From Octopus bimaculoides (lineage: Eukaryota), in contig NC_068981.1 of NCBI RefSeq assembly GCF_001194135.2, positions 84,200,798 to 84,264,607 on the forward strand: a stretch of DNA of 63,810 bases. The letters are read 5' to 3'. The notes under the pieces were generated by a model. That model was not told the origin of the DNA, made no database searches, and saw only the letters and a program-made list of their open reading frames with translations. Below, in pieces: positions 13,471 to 26,509 of this stretch. The stretch's first letter is position 1; every line of letters begins with the position of its first letter. The translations under genes were made by a program, and so were the position numbers.

Positions 13471-14082
13471 CATCATTATCACCTGCAGCAGCAGCAACAG
13501 AATCCGCAGCAGTAGTAGTGGTAGTTTTTGCTATTCTATTTAAGGAAGTGATAACAAATATGCAGTTATGCCCTTATTTATCTTTCCTGGGGAATCAATC
13601 CAAACAGTTGTATTGAAGAAGCTAACAGTCATCCAATGTTATCTGTCGAACTTTACAATGTTAAACGAGAAAAACAGGGGAAATGAGCATTACGATAAAA
13701 AAAAAATATCGCAAAATACAACAAGAAAATATGCGAGGAACGAATGAAAGGACAAACCAGAAAAAGGAAAAGAGCCTGCATTTTACCATCATGGCTTGGC
13801 CGAGGCAATTAATAATTTGTTGCTTTTTCAGGAAATATTGGAAGTTCTTAAAATTTCTCAGCATGTGGTTTTAATGTGAGCCATTTTAAATACATACACG
13901 CACTCATACACACACAACACAAAACATACGCACACATGCACACAACTCACACAAGCAAACGCACAGGCATATATATACACACATAAGCGCATACGTACAT
14001 AACCCTAGTAAAGCTGGTCGCAATCACATGACTAGAGGCATCAAACATAAATAAATTAATAAGCGAATCCACATACACATAC

Positions 14083-14116
<34 letters not shown>

Positions 14117-14197
14117 GTATATGTATGTATATGTATATGTATGTATGTATGTTCTTTAAAATAACTAACGCCATCTCTCACTGTCTCCCTGTTGATA

Positions 14198-14233
<36 letters not shown>

Positions 14234-16559
14234 ACGCATATATGTTCATACATACATATATACACGTGTGTACATGCTTATTTATAGGATTTTTAGAAAC
14301 AATTATATATTCAAGCGTACATACCTACATACATATATATATGCATGTATGTATGTGCATATATGTATATATGTGTGTATAAATATATATATAAACACAC
14401 ACACACACACACATAAACGCATCCATCCATACATACATTACATTCATACATCGACAAGCATATACATTCACAGATTTATGGGTGTGGGCGTATGCGCCTG
14501 TGTGCTTATACCTCGCTTAGCTTGAAAGTGGAGGCGAGATACTGAAGCGAACGGTCCAAAAACGCACGTGTAAAAGACATATGTTGGTCACTGTATGACA
14601 CTCGCTGTATGTTGTTTTCTGACTCATTAGGGCTGTCTCAGCAATGACAACAAACAGTGCTGCTTAGATATGAAAAGTCGCCGGGTGTGAACCGAGGAAA
14701 CAGCAACCGCAGACGGATTTTTTAAAAAAAAGAAAAAAAGACGGTAGTAGTAGTAGTAGTAGTAGTGGTGGTNNNNNNNNNNNNNNNNNNNNNNNNNNNN
14801 NNNNNNNNNNNNNNNNNNNNNNNNNNNNNNNNNNNNNNNNNNNNNNNNNNNNNNNNNNNNNNNNNNNNNNNNNNNNNNNNNNNNNNNNNNNNNNNNNNNN
14901 NNNNNNNNNNNNNNNNNNNNNNNNNNNNNNNNNNNNNNNNNNNNNNNNNNNNNNNNNNNNNNNNNNNNNNNNNNNNNNNNNNNNNNNNNNNNNNNNNNNN
15001 NNNNNNNNNNNNNNNNNNNNNNNNNNNNNNNNNNNNNNNNNNNNNNNNNNNNNNNNNNNNNNNNNNNNNNNNNNNNNNNNNNNNNNNNNNNNNNNNNNNN
15101 NNNNNNNNNNNNNNNNNNNNNNNNNNNNNNNNNNNNNNNNNNNNNNNNNNNNNNNNNNNNNNNNNNNNNNNNNNNNNNNNNNNNNNNNNNNNNNNNNNNN
15201 NNNNNNNNNNNNNNNNNNNNNNNNNNNNNNNNNNNNNNNNNNNNNNNNNNNNNNNNNNNNNNNNNNNNNNNNNNNNNNNNNNNNNNNNNNNNNNNNNNNN
15301 NNNNNNNNNNNNNNNNNNNNNNNNNNNNNNNNNNNNNNNNNNNNNNNNNNNNNNNNNNNNNNNNNNNNNNNNNNNNNNNNNNNNNNNNNNNNNNNNNNNN
15401 NNNNNNNNNNNNNNNNNNNNNNNNNNNNNNNNNNNNNNNNNNNNNNNNNNNNNNNNNNNNNNNNNNNNNNNNNNNNNNNNNNNNNNNNNNNNNNNNNNNN
15501 NNNNNNNNNNNNNNNNNNNNNNNNNNNNNNNNNNNNNNNNNNNGAGGAGAAGGAGGACGAGGAGGGGATGGTGAGGAGCAAGGTGGACGACGACGGTGGC
15601 GTTGGCGCTGGTTTTGCTTGTCGTAACGTTGTTTTAGTTGCTGGTGTTGGTAGTGGTGATAGTGGTGGTAGTGGTGAGGATAGTGGTGGTAGTGGTGAGG
15701 ATAGTGGTGGTGGTCGTCGTCAAGTGATAAGCATAGAGAGGCGAAGGAAAGAAAAGCTTGATGAATTATAAATAGTGATAGTGATGGTGAAACTAGAGTT
15801 TTTATACATAGACAAAGACAGACAGACAGAGAAACAGAGAGAGAGAGAGAGAGAGAAGGGCAGACTCACAGAAGCAAAGAGTGAGAGAGAGGGAGAGCGA
15901 AAGAGTGCGAGGCAGACAGACAGACAGACAGACAGAAAGGCAGACAGAGAGAGTACAAAGAGGCAGAGAGTGTATATATTTATCAATGTATCTCTCAATC
16001 TATGACTCTACTTATATATAAATTTATAACAAAGGAAGATGAAATGGACAGACTTTAATACAAATACCAACATTTGTTTCTGTGCATGAGTTACTTGTAT
16101 GAGTTAGTTGCTGAGCGTTTCATATACTATACATATCCTCATACAAATATTACATAAATATGAGTCAGCAATGGCAGTGTATTCGCACGTCATCAGGTGA
16201 GTGGCTTTGAGAGCACTTCTGGATCATATTTATATAATATTTGTATAATGATATGTAAAATATGCGAAACACTCGGCAACTAACAATTGCTACCAATATA
16301 CAGCAAGAATTGTTGCTATATGGATAGAACTCTGTTCATTCCCATTTTTTTTTCTTTCTTTTTGTGTATGTATATGAACTCTGAGCATTCTAACGAATTT
16401 CCTTTCCTGCTGCATGATTGCATATGGTAGCACGTAACTGTAGACGAGCTTTGAAATGCATGTTATAAGTTTCTTACCCAGATCATATTATATAAATACA
16501 TACATGCATTCACACAAATCAACATTACCTGTACAGGTGCACCATGTGTCACATGTCAG

Positions 16560-16820
16560 ATGACGAAATGATCGCAGTGCAACGTAAAATGAAGTGCTTT
16601 GCTCAAGAACACAACGCAGCGTCTGGTCTGGGAATCTAATCGACGTCTCGCAATCACGAGCTTCTGGCAATTTCCCGTTACCATATCCACTCAGAACACT
16701 CCGGTCGTACCGGGGCAATAGTAGAAGACATCTAGTCAATGTACCACACAGTGGGACTGAACCCGAAACCAAGCGGTTGAAAAGCAAATTTCTTACCACA
16801 CAGCCAATCCCGCGCTTAGT
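16560..16820 (-). mobile_element. Two adjacent SINE head fragments (family B 16670-16820; other head 16560-16660)
   Basis: agtagaagacat..cagtgggactgaacccgaaacc..cttaccacacagcc; gctcaagaacacaacgcagcgtctggtctgggaatc. Confidence 0.7.
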
Positions 16821-17267
16821 TGCATTGTCCGATCTGTTATTAGGACGGTAAGTTGTTTTAAAGGAGACTGTGCTGTTACTACTGAATCGAATAACTATGT
16901 TCGAGGCTCCTTCATTAAGCCGACCACTGATAAGATGTAGAGTGAAGTTTAGACTGTGAAAAAGGAGGAAAGAGTATGTGGGTGAAAGTGAAATGTTGAG
17001 AGCATGCAAATTAGACCACGATAAAACTTTCATTCGGGATAAGTTGTGGTAGCGCAATAAAATTCATTTTCAAAGACGACAAACGCTGGTCAATAAATCT
17101 AGCAGACGCAGTGGATTGTGTGAATGATTCTCCGCCTTTAGTGACTGATTTAGCCGAAACCACAACATCACAGATCAACATAAGACATCAACAGAAATAC
17201 AGTAATAAAACACAGAAACACACTTCCCTATCAGTATAATGGTCATCATCAGCATCAACAGCAGCTG

Positions 17268-17270
<3 letters not shown>

Positions 17271-17321
<51 letters not shown>
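17271..17321. repeat. (CAA)17
   Basis: Directly visible. Confidence 0.95.
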
Positions 17322-17323
<2 letters not shown>

Positions 17324-19096
17324 GGAAAGAAACGAAAAGAGCAGCGCTGGTCGTAAGTTATAGCTCGGTGCCGGACTGGAGGAAGAAGATGCAAGACTTT
17401 TAGGCCAAGAAAACATCCAGATGTGATGACTTCCCAGTCCTAGCCCCAAAAGCTACGAAAGTTAAAAACGTNNNNNNNNNNNNNNNNNNNNNNNNNNNNN
17501 NNNNNNNNNNNNNNNNNNNNNNNNNNNNNNNNNNNNNNNNNNNNNNNNNNNNNNNNNNNNNNNNNNNNNNNNNNNNNNNNNNNNNNNNNNNNNNNNNNNN
17601 NNNNNNNNNNNNNNNNNNNNNNNNNNNNNNNNNNNNNNNNNNNNNNNNNNNNNNNNNNNNNNNNNNNNNNNNNNNNNNNNNNNNNNNNNNNNNNNTATGT
17701 CTCTTTGTGTGAATGTATGTATATGTGTTTGTGTGTATAACTGAAAAAATATAAAATGTTTAAAAAAAATTACTTCCGCTTCTTTTTCGAGACTTCCCTG
17801 CCCGCTCTTTGTTTTACTACTTACGTGTTTTTTTTTTCTTGTTTTTTTTTGTTTTTGTTTTTTTTCCTTTTCTCCGTGTTTCTCTAGTTTACACCACACA
17901 CACACACAAACACATATACACATACAAATACATATACACACACAAACACACAAATACACACACAAACACAAATACACACACACACACTTTTGTTGTTTTT
18001 GTTTGCCCTGTTTTCTTTTCTTCTGTAAACCTCTGCGATGCGTTCCTCCTATCTTTCTTATAGGCCTTTACTTTACTGTTTGCCATTATCTGTGTAGAAA
18101 TATATACGTGACATAAAATAAGTGGGGGATCTAATCGTGAAATCCATCCAGACGAAGGATATCTAACGAATGAAAGAAAAGAAAGACAGAAAGAAAAAGA
18201 AAAGTAAGAAAGAATTAGGAATTAGACCATTTTGGCAGGGAACTATTAAAAGAGATGTTGAAATTATTATGGTGACAAACCCTCATTGATGCCACTAAAC
18301 ACTTAATTAATGTATATATATGTGTGTGCTTTTGTGTTTCTATGTGCTTGTTATGTATATAATGGCCCACTATGCGATGGAGTATGCGCTCTTGAATTAC
18401 AATACAAACATACGTACATACCTACATACATACTCACCTACCTACCTACCTACCTACCTACATACATACATACATACATATATAGAAGAATGTTTGTGTG
18501 CGTGTATGTATGTGTGTGTGTGTGTGTGTGTGAGACTTGTATGTTAGTAATTCTATGTAAATTTTTTAGTATCTCTCCAAAATTTGAGCGCTTGTATTTG
18601 TGTCTTATGAATGTCAGTGCAAATATTTTCCTTCTTAATAGGAGAATGTGTGCGGGAATGCGCGCGCCTGTATGTGTGTATGTATCTATGTAGTACTCAC
18701 GTATGTATTTGTGTGTGAAAGCGCTCAGTTTCTATAAACAAATTTACATATACATGGACGTTTACAGACAGGGATGTATCTACACAGTAGGGATTAGATA
18801 AAGAAAAAAGTACTAAGGAAGTGACTTGACACTAAAATTGTCAATGTTTTGAAAGATAAACGGTTGTCATGAAAATTCTATACCTTTATTTGCGAACACA
18901 TGTTTTTTATGGAAAAAAATGTTGTTTTATCATAGTTTAGTGTTTGTTTTCTGAATTTTATATGACGTATGTTATACACATGTACATACATAAAACTACT
19001 CGACAACATACCAACACTAAATGGAAAGGATTCAAATCCCAGCACTTCCTTTAAACTGACTAACGGATGCAAATACTGATTTCTTGTAACTACCCA

Positions 19097-19467
19097 AATA
19101 TTGGTTTCAAATGTTAGCACAAAGCCAGCAATTTCGAGGGAGGTGTTAGTCGATTACATCGGCGCCAGTCCTCAACTGGTACTTATTTTATCGATCCCGA
19201 AAGGATAAAAGGCAAAACCGACCTCAGCAGAATTTGAACTCAAATTTTAAAGATGGACGAAAGGTAGCTAAGCATTTTGCCGGGCGTGCTAACGATTCTA
19301 CCAGCTCACCGCTTTTAATAATAATTACATTGACCCCGCCAGCATTCAACTGGCAGTCATTTTATAAAGCCCTGAAAGCTTAAAAGTCAAAGTCGACTTC
19401 GGAGGAATTTGAACTCAGAACGTAAAGACGAACGAAATATCGCTAAATACTTCGCACAGCGTGCTGA
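19097..19467 (-). mobile_element. SINE family A: one full copy (19097-19318) and one partial (19329-19467)
   Basis: Reverse match to the family A core (gaatttgaactca) and tail (ggtttcaaat..gcacaaagccagcaattt). Confidence 0.85.
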
Positions 19468-19474
19468 GATAGCA

Positions 19475-20145
19475 GGGATGTAAAAACGTTCGCTTTGCCA
19501 TCAAGTGGCTTCGAGTTCAGTCCAAGTGTGCGTCATTCTAGGCAGGCGTATTCTACTAGCGTTGACTTGTTTACATCCTTGTAATTTAATTAACATAGCA
19601 GTTCGGTAAACGAGACCAATAGAATAAGTATCAGATTTTCAAAATAAGTACTGAAGTCGATCCGTTTAAATAAGATACTTCAAGTCTGCCCCAGCATGGC
19701 CACAATCCAATGAGTGCAACAAGTAAAGATAAAGGATAGACGCAGGCGTTGCTTTATAGGCGCGGGCATGGCTCTACAGGTGCAGTTGGGGTTTTTTAGG
19801 CATAGGCATTTATAGGCGCAGGAAAGGATGTGTGGTAAGAAATTCGCTTCCCAACCACATGGCTATGTGTTTAGACTCATTGCGTTGTATTTTGGGCAAG
19901 TGTTGTCATTTACTAGAGCCTCGGGCCGACCAAAGTTTTGTGAGTGGATATAGTAGTCGAAAACTGAAAAAAGCTCATCGTATACGTTTGTGTGTATGTG
20001 TGCGTGTGTGTATTTCTCCCTCGCCATGCTTGACAACCTGTGCGATTTGGCAAAAGATCCCGATAGAATAAGTACCGCGTCTTAAAAACTAAATATTGGC
20101 GTCGATTTACTCGGCTAAAAAATTTCAAGGCGGTTCAATGACTTA
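19475..20145 (+). mobile_element. Two SINE family B copies (19475-19736, 19813-20145) separated by a 20-bp head-derived array
   Basis: taggcgcagg..tgtggtaag head, ttgggcaagtgt core, ccgatagaataagtac tail. Confidence 0.85.
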
Positions 20146-20218
20146 ATATATATAAATGTGTGTGCACGTGTGTATTTATATATCTATCTGTTTATACATA
20201 CATACAAATGCATACATA

Positions 20219-20270
<52 letters not shown>

Positions 20271-20780
20271 ATGTTCCAAAAATTTGATATAAACACGACA
20301 AACGGAAATTTTATTTACAAGATGTAGCTAATTCCTCATCAATCATCGTCGAAAACATCGTAAAAATTTCGCGCCTTTAACGATGATATTGTTCACTTTT
20401 GGTGGCGCCAGCGTCGAGAAGCCACTGGGAATAGCTAACGAATGTACGCAACAATGGTGAAAATAAACACGACAAAATAAGATGATTATACATATACAAC
20501 GAGAAAGGGTCGTGCGACTGCAAGATGAATGAATATGTTGTAACACCAAGGTAAATTTCATTTAAGACTGGAAACGAGAAAAGTCTATACGAAAAGTGAA
20601 CAGAACAAACTATAAAAAAAGAATAGGAACAGAGAGAAGCGTGACCGATCGACTTAAATGTGAGTCAAAAAGGAAATGGACAAGATGTGAATGGTCACAT
20701 ATCATGTGATAGTGGAAGGTGAATGAAAGACTGATGGAGGGCAGAGGGACAGAAGCAATATATTCATATAAATGTAAGTA

Positions 20781-21160
20781 TTATTACCTCCGTCAAGGAA
20801 GGAGGTTATGTTTCCATCGGTGTTGGTTTGTCCGTCTGTGTGCAAAATAACTCAAAAAGTTGTGATCGATATTTGATGGAACTTGCAGAAAAAGTTGGTA
20901 ATGACACAAGAAACAGATGATGAAATTTTGGTAGTGATCCGGGAATTTTTATGGATTCTTGAAGGATTTTTCATTTGTTATATTTACTTTACATGAAGTA
21001 TTACAATGTTACGTTCTTTGATTATCTCCCTTGATAACACGTTCATCGTTTCCACGTAACCTATGGTGGCGTTGCTGTTCCCAAAGTTTATTTTCTATTC
21101 TCTATTAGTAATTTCACTCGCGTATCTATCTTAAAATGAGCTGCTTCGCGGAGGTCTGCA
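20781..21160 (+). mobile_element. Helentron-type non-autonomous element (HINE/DINE-like), 3' stem-loop lost
   Basis: 5' ttattacctccgtcaagg..ggaggttatg, then gtttgtccgtctgt; reversed subterminal repeat cttcgcggaggt at 21144-21155. Confidence 0.7.
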
Positions 21161-21243
21161 GAGGATGACATGACAACCCTTGACTATTGGGATGATTCCT
21201 GTTTTTAAAAGGGTTTTTTTTAATCATATAGCTGTGTTATTTC

Positions 21244-21332
21244 TTTTTACCCCCGCCAAGGAGGTTATGTTTTTGCCAGCGTTGGTTTGGGAAAGTGGGC
21301 GGAGGTCTGCGCTCTCCGAGCGCTTTTCTAGT
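21244..21332 (+). mobile_element. Minimal HINE-like element (about 90 bp)
   Basis: acccccgccaaggaggttatg ... ggcggaggt ctgcgctc-tcc-gagcgc ttttctagt; perfect 6-bp hairpin at 21309-21323. Confidence 0.7.
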
Positions 21333-21734
21333 TTGGTATTGCGAATCAACTTGCTAAAAAACATTTACTGGTGGTGGGACTATACATAACAGAAAAAAAG
21401 TTATTGATTTATTGATAATATTGATTTGACTTGTGTCCCAGCCAAATCAATATTATTCTAATTTTAGCCGTTAGTACATTTCTAAATTAATGAATTTTAT
21501 TCGATATATTGGATAGTCTTAAATATCTTTCGTATTTATACAACTTCACTGTGGACTGTAATACAGGAATCGACTGAACTATAGTTTATTGCCTCCTCAT
21601 CTAGAATCGGTTCCTCAACTATCAAATACCCACAGGGAAACTGTATTTAAAACTACGATCGGTTGGCGTATTACTAACCAAGTGGACTGAGTTGAATATT
21701 GTCGACGCAATGTTTTGCAATTGCATTTTAGATG

Positions 21735-21915
21735 TAGAAATCATTTACCAATTTTGAGTCTTTAGATTTTGGGTTCAAATCTGGCTGAGGTTAACATTGC
21801 TTTATATTCATTCAGGGTTGATAAAGTAAAATACTATTCAAGTACTGGGGGTGGAAGTTATAGACTAAGTTCCTCTTTTCAAATTTTCTGACCTTCCTGA
21901 ATCAGACACCATTAA
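21735..21915 (+). mobile_element. SINE family A, decayed
   Basis: gggttcaaatctggctgaggttaac..gggttgataaagtaaaatac..agtactgggg. Confidence 0.6.
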
Positions 21916-21919
21916 ATTT

Positions 21920-22995
21920 ATTATTAGGCAAAAGCTATTTTATGCTATTAATTAGCATTGATGCTATCCAGATGTTTGTTGACATCGAGTCTCATCAAAT
22001 CCGAAGAATCTTTCTTAAGATTCTTCTAGGATAGAGGATAGTATAGTGTGTCACGGTACATGTTTTAATTCCAATTTCCTCAGCCTCTTTGATAGCAGTT
22101 TGGGTGTTGTATTATGCGCACCAAATACCACATGAACAAACATCATCTTTGTATTCCACAAGCACTTCATCTCTCAAGGTAGGTCCCAACATTTCTCAAT
22201 TATCTCAGTTCTCTTCATATTCATTCATTCACAGTATAATATAGTAAGGTTCAGTGGTTTAACACTCTTCGTTTCTTCTCTTCGATATCTGGTCCCATCA
22301 ACAGCATTCAACAGCAAGGTCAGTCTCTATGGCGAAATATCATAAATTCCTGCAATCATTATTCACCATCACAGGCGTTAGCTAGCCTGCATATTTCTAT
22401 TCTGTCACCTCGAATCCACGTACTTGCAAATATCCAACACACTTTTTTATAGATACAACCAGTGTTTATACTCCTTCGAAGTTAACTTACTGCACTCACT
22501 TAGTAAATGGTTAATTCTTTCGTCCTATTTGCTCTGTGACTGAGGTCAATTAATCTTTGTGTTTATGAAATTATTTTTAAAGGCTTGTCATTTGAACGCT
22601 AATAATTAGCGATTCAATCCAGTTATCAGCCAAGACCAGCGTTCTTCACTTCAAATATTCTCAGTTTGCTGCATGAACTGACCGTGGAATTCCATGTCTG
22701 TTCAGCTATTTGTCCTCTCGTTCTTATTTCTCTTCTCATATTTTTCATTGTTTCATTAATTTCTTCGTTATTTCTGAACGCAGATAATAGTCTTTCTTTC
22801 TTATAACATAACGTAGTTTACCAAACTCCAACTCACAGCACTGATAGATCTTCTGCAATTAATGAACCTTTGCCTCTTTCTCTTTCAGTAAGGAGGGCTT
22901 GGGAAAATTTGAATTCATATAGCTTTGTCTTTGTCTACTTTAAAAAAGGAGCAGCGTATCTCAGTATTGGCTTGCACCACTCAGTATTGGCTTGC
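21920..22995 (-). mobile_element. Decayed R4/Dong-clade LINE covering the RT end, CCHC knuckle and REL endonuclease
   Basis: Minus-strand motifs in shifting frames: PILRYAAPFL, EFHGQFMQQTE, ERWSWL, ERINHLLSECSKLTSKEYKH, GPDI, EIIEKCWDL, RRILRKILRI; taataataa at the 3' end. Confidence 0.8.
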
Positions 22996-23067
22996 ACCCT
23001 GTAACTTGCAGAACACATTATTAGCAGTTGATTTGTTTCAGACATCCTGATCCTTATTATGAATATT

Positions 23068-23255
23068 ATTAGTAGCTGACAAAATCTTTTGAGCGTAGAA
23101 CAAAATGTTCTGATTTCAAATGCCGCTGAAACAACTTTGCAATTCATAATTTCGAGGTCGATGAAATAGATTGCCAGTAAAATACTGACATCCATCGTTT
23201 CAATTAAGCCGCTCCCTCTTAGATTGCTAACTCTGTGCCAAAATTTGAAATTCCT
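23068..23255 (+). mobile_element. SINE family A, decayed, running into (ATC)n
   Basis: ctgatttcaaatgccgctga..tttcgaggtcgatgaaat..tgtgccaaaatttgaaa. Confidence 0.75.

Positions 23256-23336
<81 letters not shown>
23256..23336. repeat. (ATC)n microsatellite
   Basis: Directly visible. Confidence 0.95.
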
Positions 23337-23337
<1 letters not shown>

Positions 23338-23355
23338 GTGTCATCAGTATACACA

Positions 23356-23792
23356 AAATATTCATTTCTACACTAGGCACAAGGCCCGAATTTTGTGAGG
23401 AGTGGGACAGTCGATAGATCGACCACAGTACGCAACTGGTATTTAATTTATCGAGCCCGGAAGGATGAAAGGCAAAGTCGACCTCGGCGGAATTTGAACT
23501 CTGAATGTAGCGGCAGACGAAATACCGCTAAGCATTTCGCCCGGCGTGCCAACGTTTCTCATTTCTTTATTGCCCACAAGGGGCTAAACATAGAGGGACA
23601 AACAAGGACAGACAAAGCGATTAAGTCGATTACATCGACCCCAGTGCGTAAACTGGTACTTAATTTATCGACCCCGAAAGGGTGAAAGGCAAAGTCGACC
23701 TCGGCGGAATTTGAACTCAGAATGTAACGGCAGACGAAATACCGTTAAGCATGTCGCCCGGCATGCCAACGTTTCTGGCAGCTCTCCACCTT
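23356..23792 (-). mobile_element. Dimeric family A SINE (two monomers with different tails)
   Basis: Two near-identical cores (about 23410-23548 and 23620-23780) joined by a distinct about 70-bp tail (23549-23620). Confidence 0.9.
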
Positions 23793-24289
23793 ACTCTAAC
23801 ACAGAATATTGGCTCATGCACCTAATTGAATCTGAACATTGTGTGATCAATTGGAGTTATACATTACGGTCAAAGTCATGCACGAAAATCGGCTGAAAAT
23901 ATCTTGACAAGCTCTTCATAAGACGTGACTTAGTTTAACAGCATTGTTTACTAATCCATAATCAACAAATAGCTGTATGCAATTTGTATTTCGTTTCGTG
24001 CGTTCTATCTCTGGAAACCACTCTCATTTGTTTATAATTTCATATCGTTTAGGAGACGTAATTCATCGTCTTTGTTGTCTCCGTTATGTAATCTATGACA
24101 GTAGGCATAACATACCACAAATTCTGCTCGTTTATTTATTAAAAGACTTATTCTTGAATTTAAATGTTTATTATTTCATGTAGAAATTTTTTTCACTTGC
24201 ATTGTTTTATCGTTTTTTATGAACATTATACTGTTTTCATAGAGCAAACTGAATATTATAAGCACTTCTGTTCCTGAAAATCTTTATTC

Positions 24290-24960
24290 AGTCATTTTGC
24301 AATATGACATACGAGCAAACTTGTTATATTTTCGTTCACAGACTCACTTGTTAGAAATTGTTAAATATATGTTCACTACATTTCTTTGTTTTGCCGTACA
24401 TGTTTTATATCGGTTATTTTAAAAATATACATGCGTATATGAAAAAAGTTTGATTTCATTTATTTTCTTTCCTGTCTTAAGGAAATTGATTTGAATATTT
24501 ACTAGTGACTACTTCTTGGATAACATTAGAGTTGGTCAATAACCAGACACTTAGAACCGTCAAATTACTATCATGCAATGGTGTAGGAATTCAATTTCAT
24601 TGGTAAACAATGGTGTCAAATTTAGTCACTTCATTTGCAGAAATGGTCAGGCTATTTTGATCTTATTTTCATGGATGCTTTTGCTATGATTTGTTTTCAT
24701 TCACAGATCTACTTTCTGCACAACGCCATATAATTACTCACTACATATCCTTATACCTGCCGTACACGTTTTATTTCGACAGGTCATCTTACTTGGAAAA
24801 TGCATATTTTAATGAAGAATGTTTGATTTCTAAGTATTGTCTTTTTATAAAGAAAATTCATTTGAATATTTGCTAGTGACAACTTCTTTGATAACATATT
24901 ATAAGGTCATTAGCCAGAAATTGGAAAGCAACCGGTTGTGATCATGTAATCCATGTGGTA
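24290..24960. repeat. Old tandem duplication, period about 370 bp
   Basis: Paired blocks: gccgtacatgttttatatcg/gccgtacacgttttatttcg and tttgaatatttactagtgactacttct/tttgaatatttgctagtgacaacttct. Confidence 0.7.
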
Positions 24961-25423
24961 TGTGAATGTACGACGAATAAAAGTATATTTGAACAATTTC
25001 TATGTTGGAGTCAATACGTCTATAACATGCAGAAGCATAATCCTGCTCACACAGGCTTACACACACAAACACTTACATACAGGCGCATACACAAACACGC
25101 ATATATATATAAACATATACACATGGATATGTAAATATATACATGTAGGTGTTTGCACGTGTGTATGCTTGCGCGGGCGGGCGAGTGTGTTCTAGACACC
25201 GGCAAAGATAACATATGAGAATTTGTTCGGAAGTGAAATGAACGTATTGGTTATAGAATTCTTAAAATATTTAGTCACGTAGCCAGGATCTATACGATAC
25301 CAGTAACCATAAACTGGCAATTATTAGATATGGTTTTCTAAATTATTCTTTCCAAATGCGTATAAAATGCACATATATACACAAACACAAACGTATGTAT
25401 ATATGCATATATAATTTAATGTC

Positions 25424-25426
<3 letters not shown>

Positions 25427-25517
<91 letters not shown>
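25427..25517. repeat. (AAT)n then (AT)n
   Basis: Directly visible. Confidence 0.95.
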
Positions 25518-26509
25518 ATCATAAATATATAGGGGTCAGCATNNNNNNNNNNNNNNNNNNNNNNNNNNNNNNNNNNNNNNNNNNNNNNNNNNNNNNNNNN
25601 NNNNNNNNNNNNNNNNNNNNNNNNNNNNNNNNNNNNNNNNNNNNNNNNNNNNNNNNNNNNNNNNNNNNNNNNNNNNNNNNNNNNNNNNNNNNNNNNNNNN
25701 NNNNNNNNNNNNNNNNNNNNNNNNNNNNNNNNNNNNNNNNNNNNNNNNNNNNNNNNNNNNNNNNNNNNNNNNNNNNNNNNNNNNNNNNNNNNNNNNNNNN
25801 NNNNNNNNNNNNNNNNNNNNNNNNNNNNNNNNNNNNNNNNNNNNNNNNNNNNNNNNNNNNNNNNNNNNNNNNNNNNNNNNNNNNNNNNNNNNNNNNNNNN
25901 NNNNNNNNNNNNNNNNNNNNNNNNNNNNNNNNNNNNNNNNNNNNNNNNNNNNNNNNNNNNNNNNNNNNNNNNNNNNNNNNNNNNNNNNNNNNNNNNNNNN
26001 NNNNNNNNNNNNNNNNNNNNNNNNNNNNNNNNNNNNNNNNNNNNNNNNNNNNNNNNNNNNNNNNNNNNNNNNNNNNNNNNNNNNNNNNNNNNNNNNNNNN
26101 NNNNNNNNNNNNNNNNNNNNNNNNNNNNNNNNNNNNNNNNNNNNNNNNNNNNNNNNNNNNNNNNNNNNNNNNNNNNNNNNNNNNNNNNNNNNNNNNNNNN
26201 NNNNNNNNNNNNNNNNNNNNNNNNNNNNNNNNNNNNNNNNNNNNNNNNNNNNNNNNNNNNNNNNNNNNNNNNNNNNNNNNNNNNNNNNNNNNNNNNNNNN
26301 NNNNNNNNNNNNNNNNNNNNNNNNNNNNNNNNNNNNNNNNNNNNNNNNNNNNNNNNNNNNNNNNNNNNNNNNNNNNNNNNNNNNNNNNNNNNNNNNNNNN
26401 NNNNNNNNNNNNNNNNNNNNNNNNNNNNNNNNNNNNNNNNNNNNNNNNNNNNNNNNNNNNNNNNNNNNNNNNNNNNNNNNNNNNNNNNNNNNNNNNNNAT
26501 ATATATATA

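Noticed and set aside
16990-17150. Octamer (ATGCAAAT) and Hox/Pbx-like motifs as an enhancer
   Set aside because: Short AT-rich motifs are expected by chance in 64 kb
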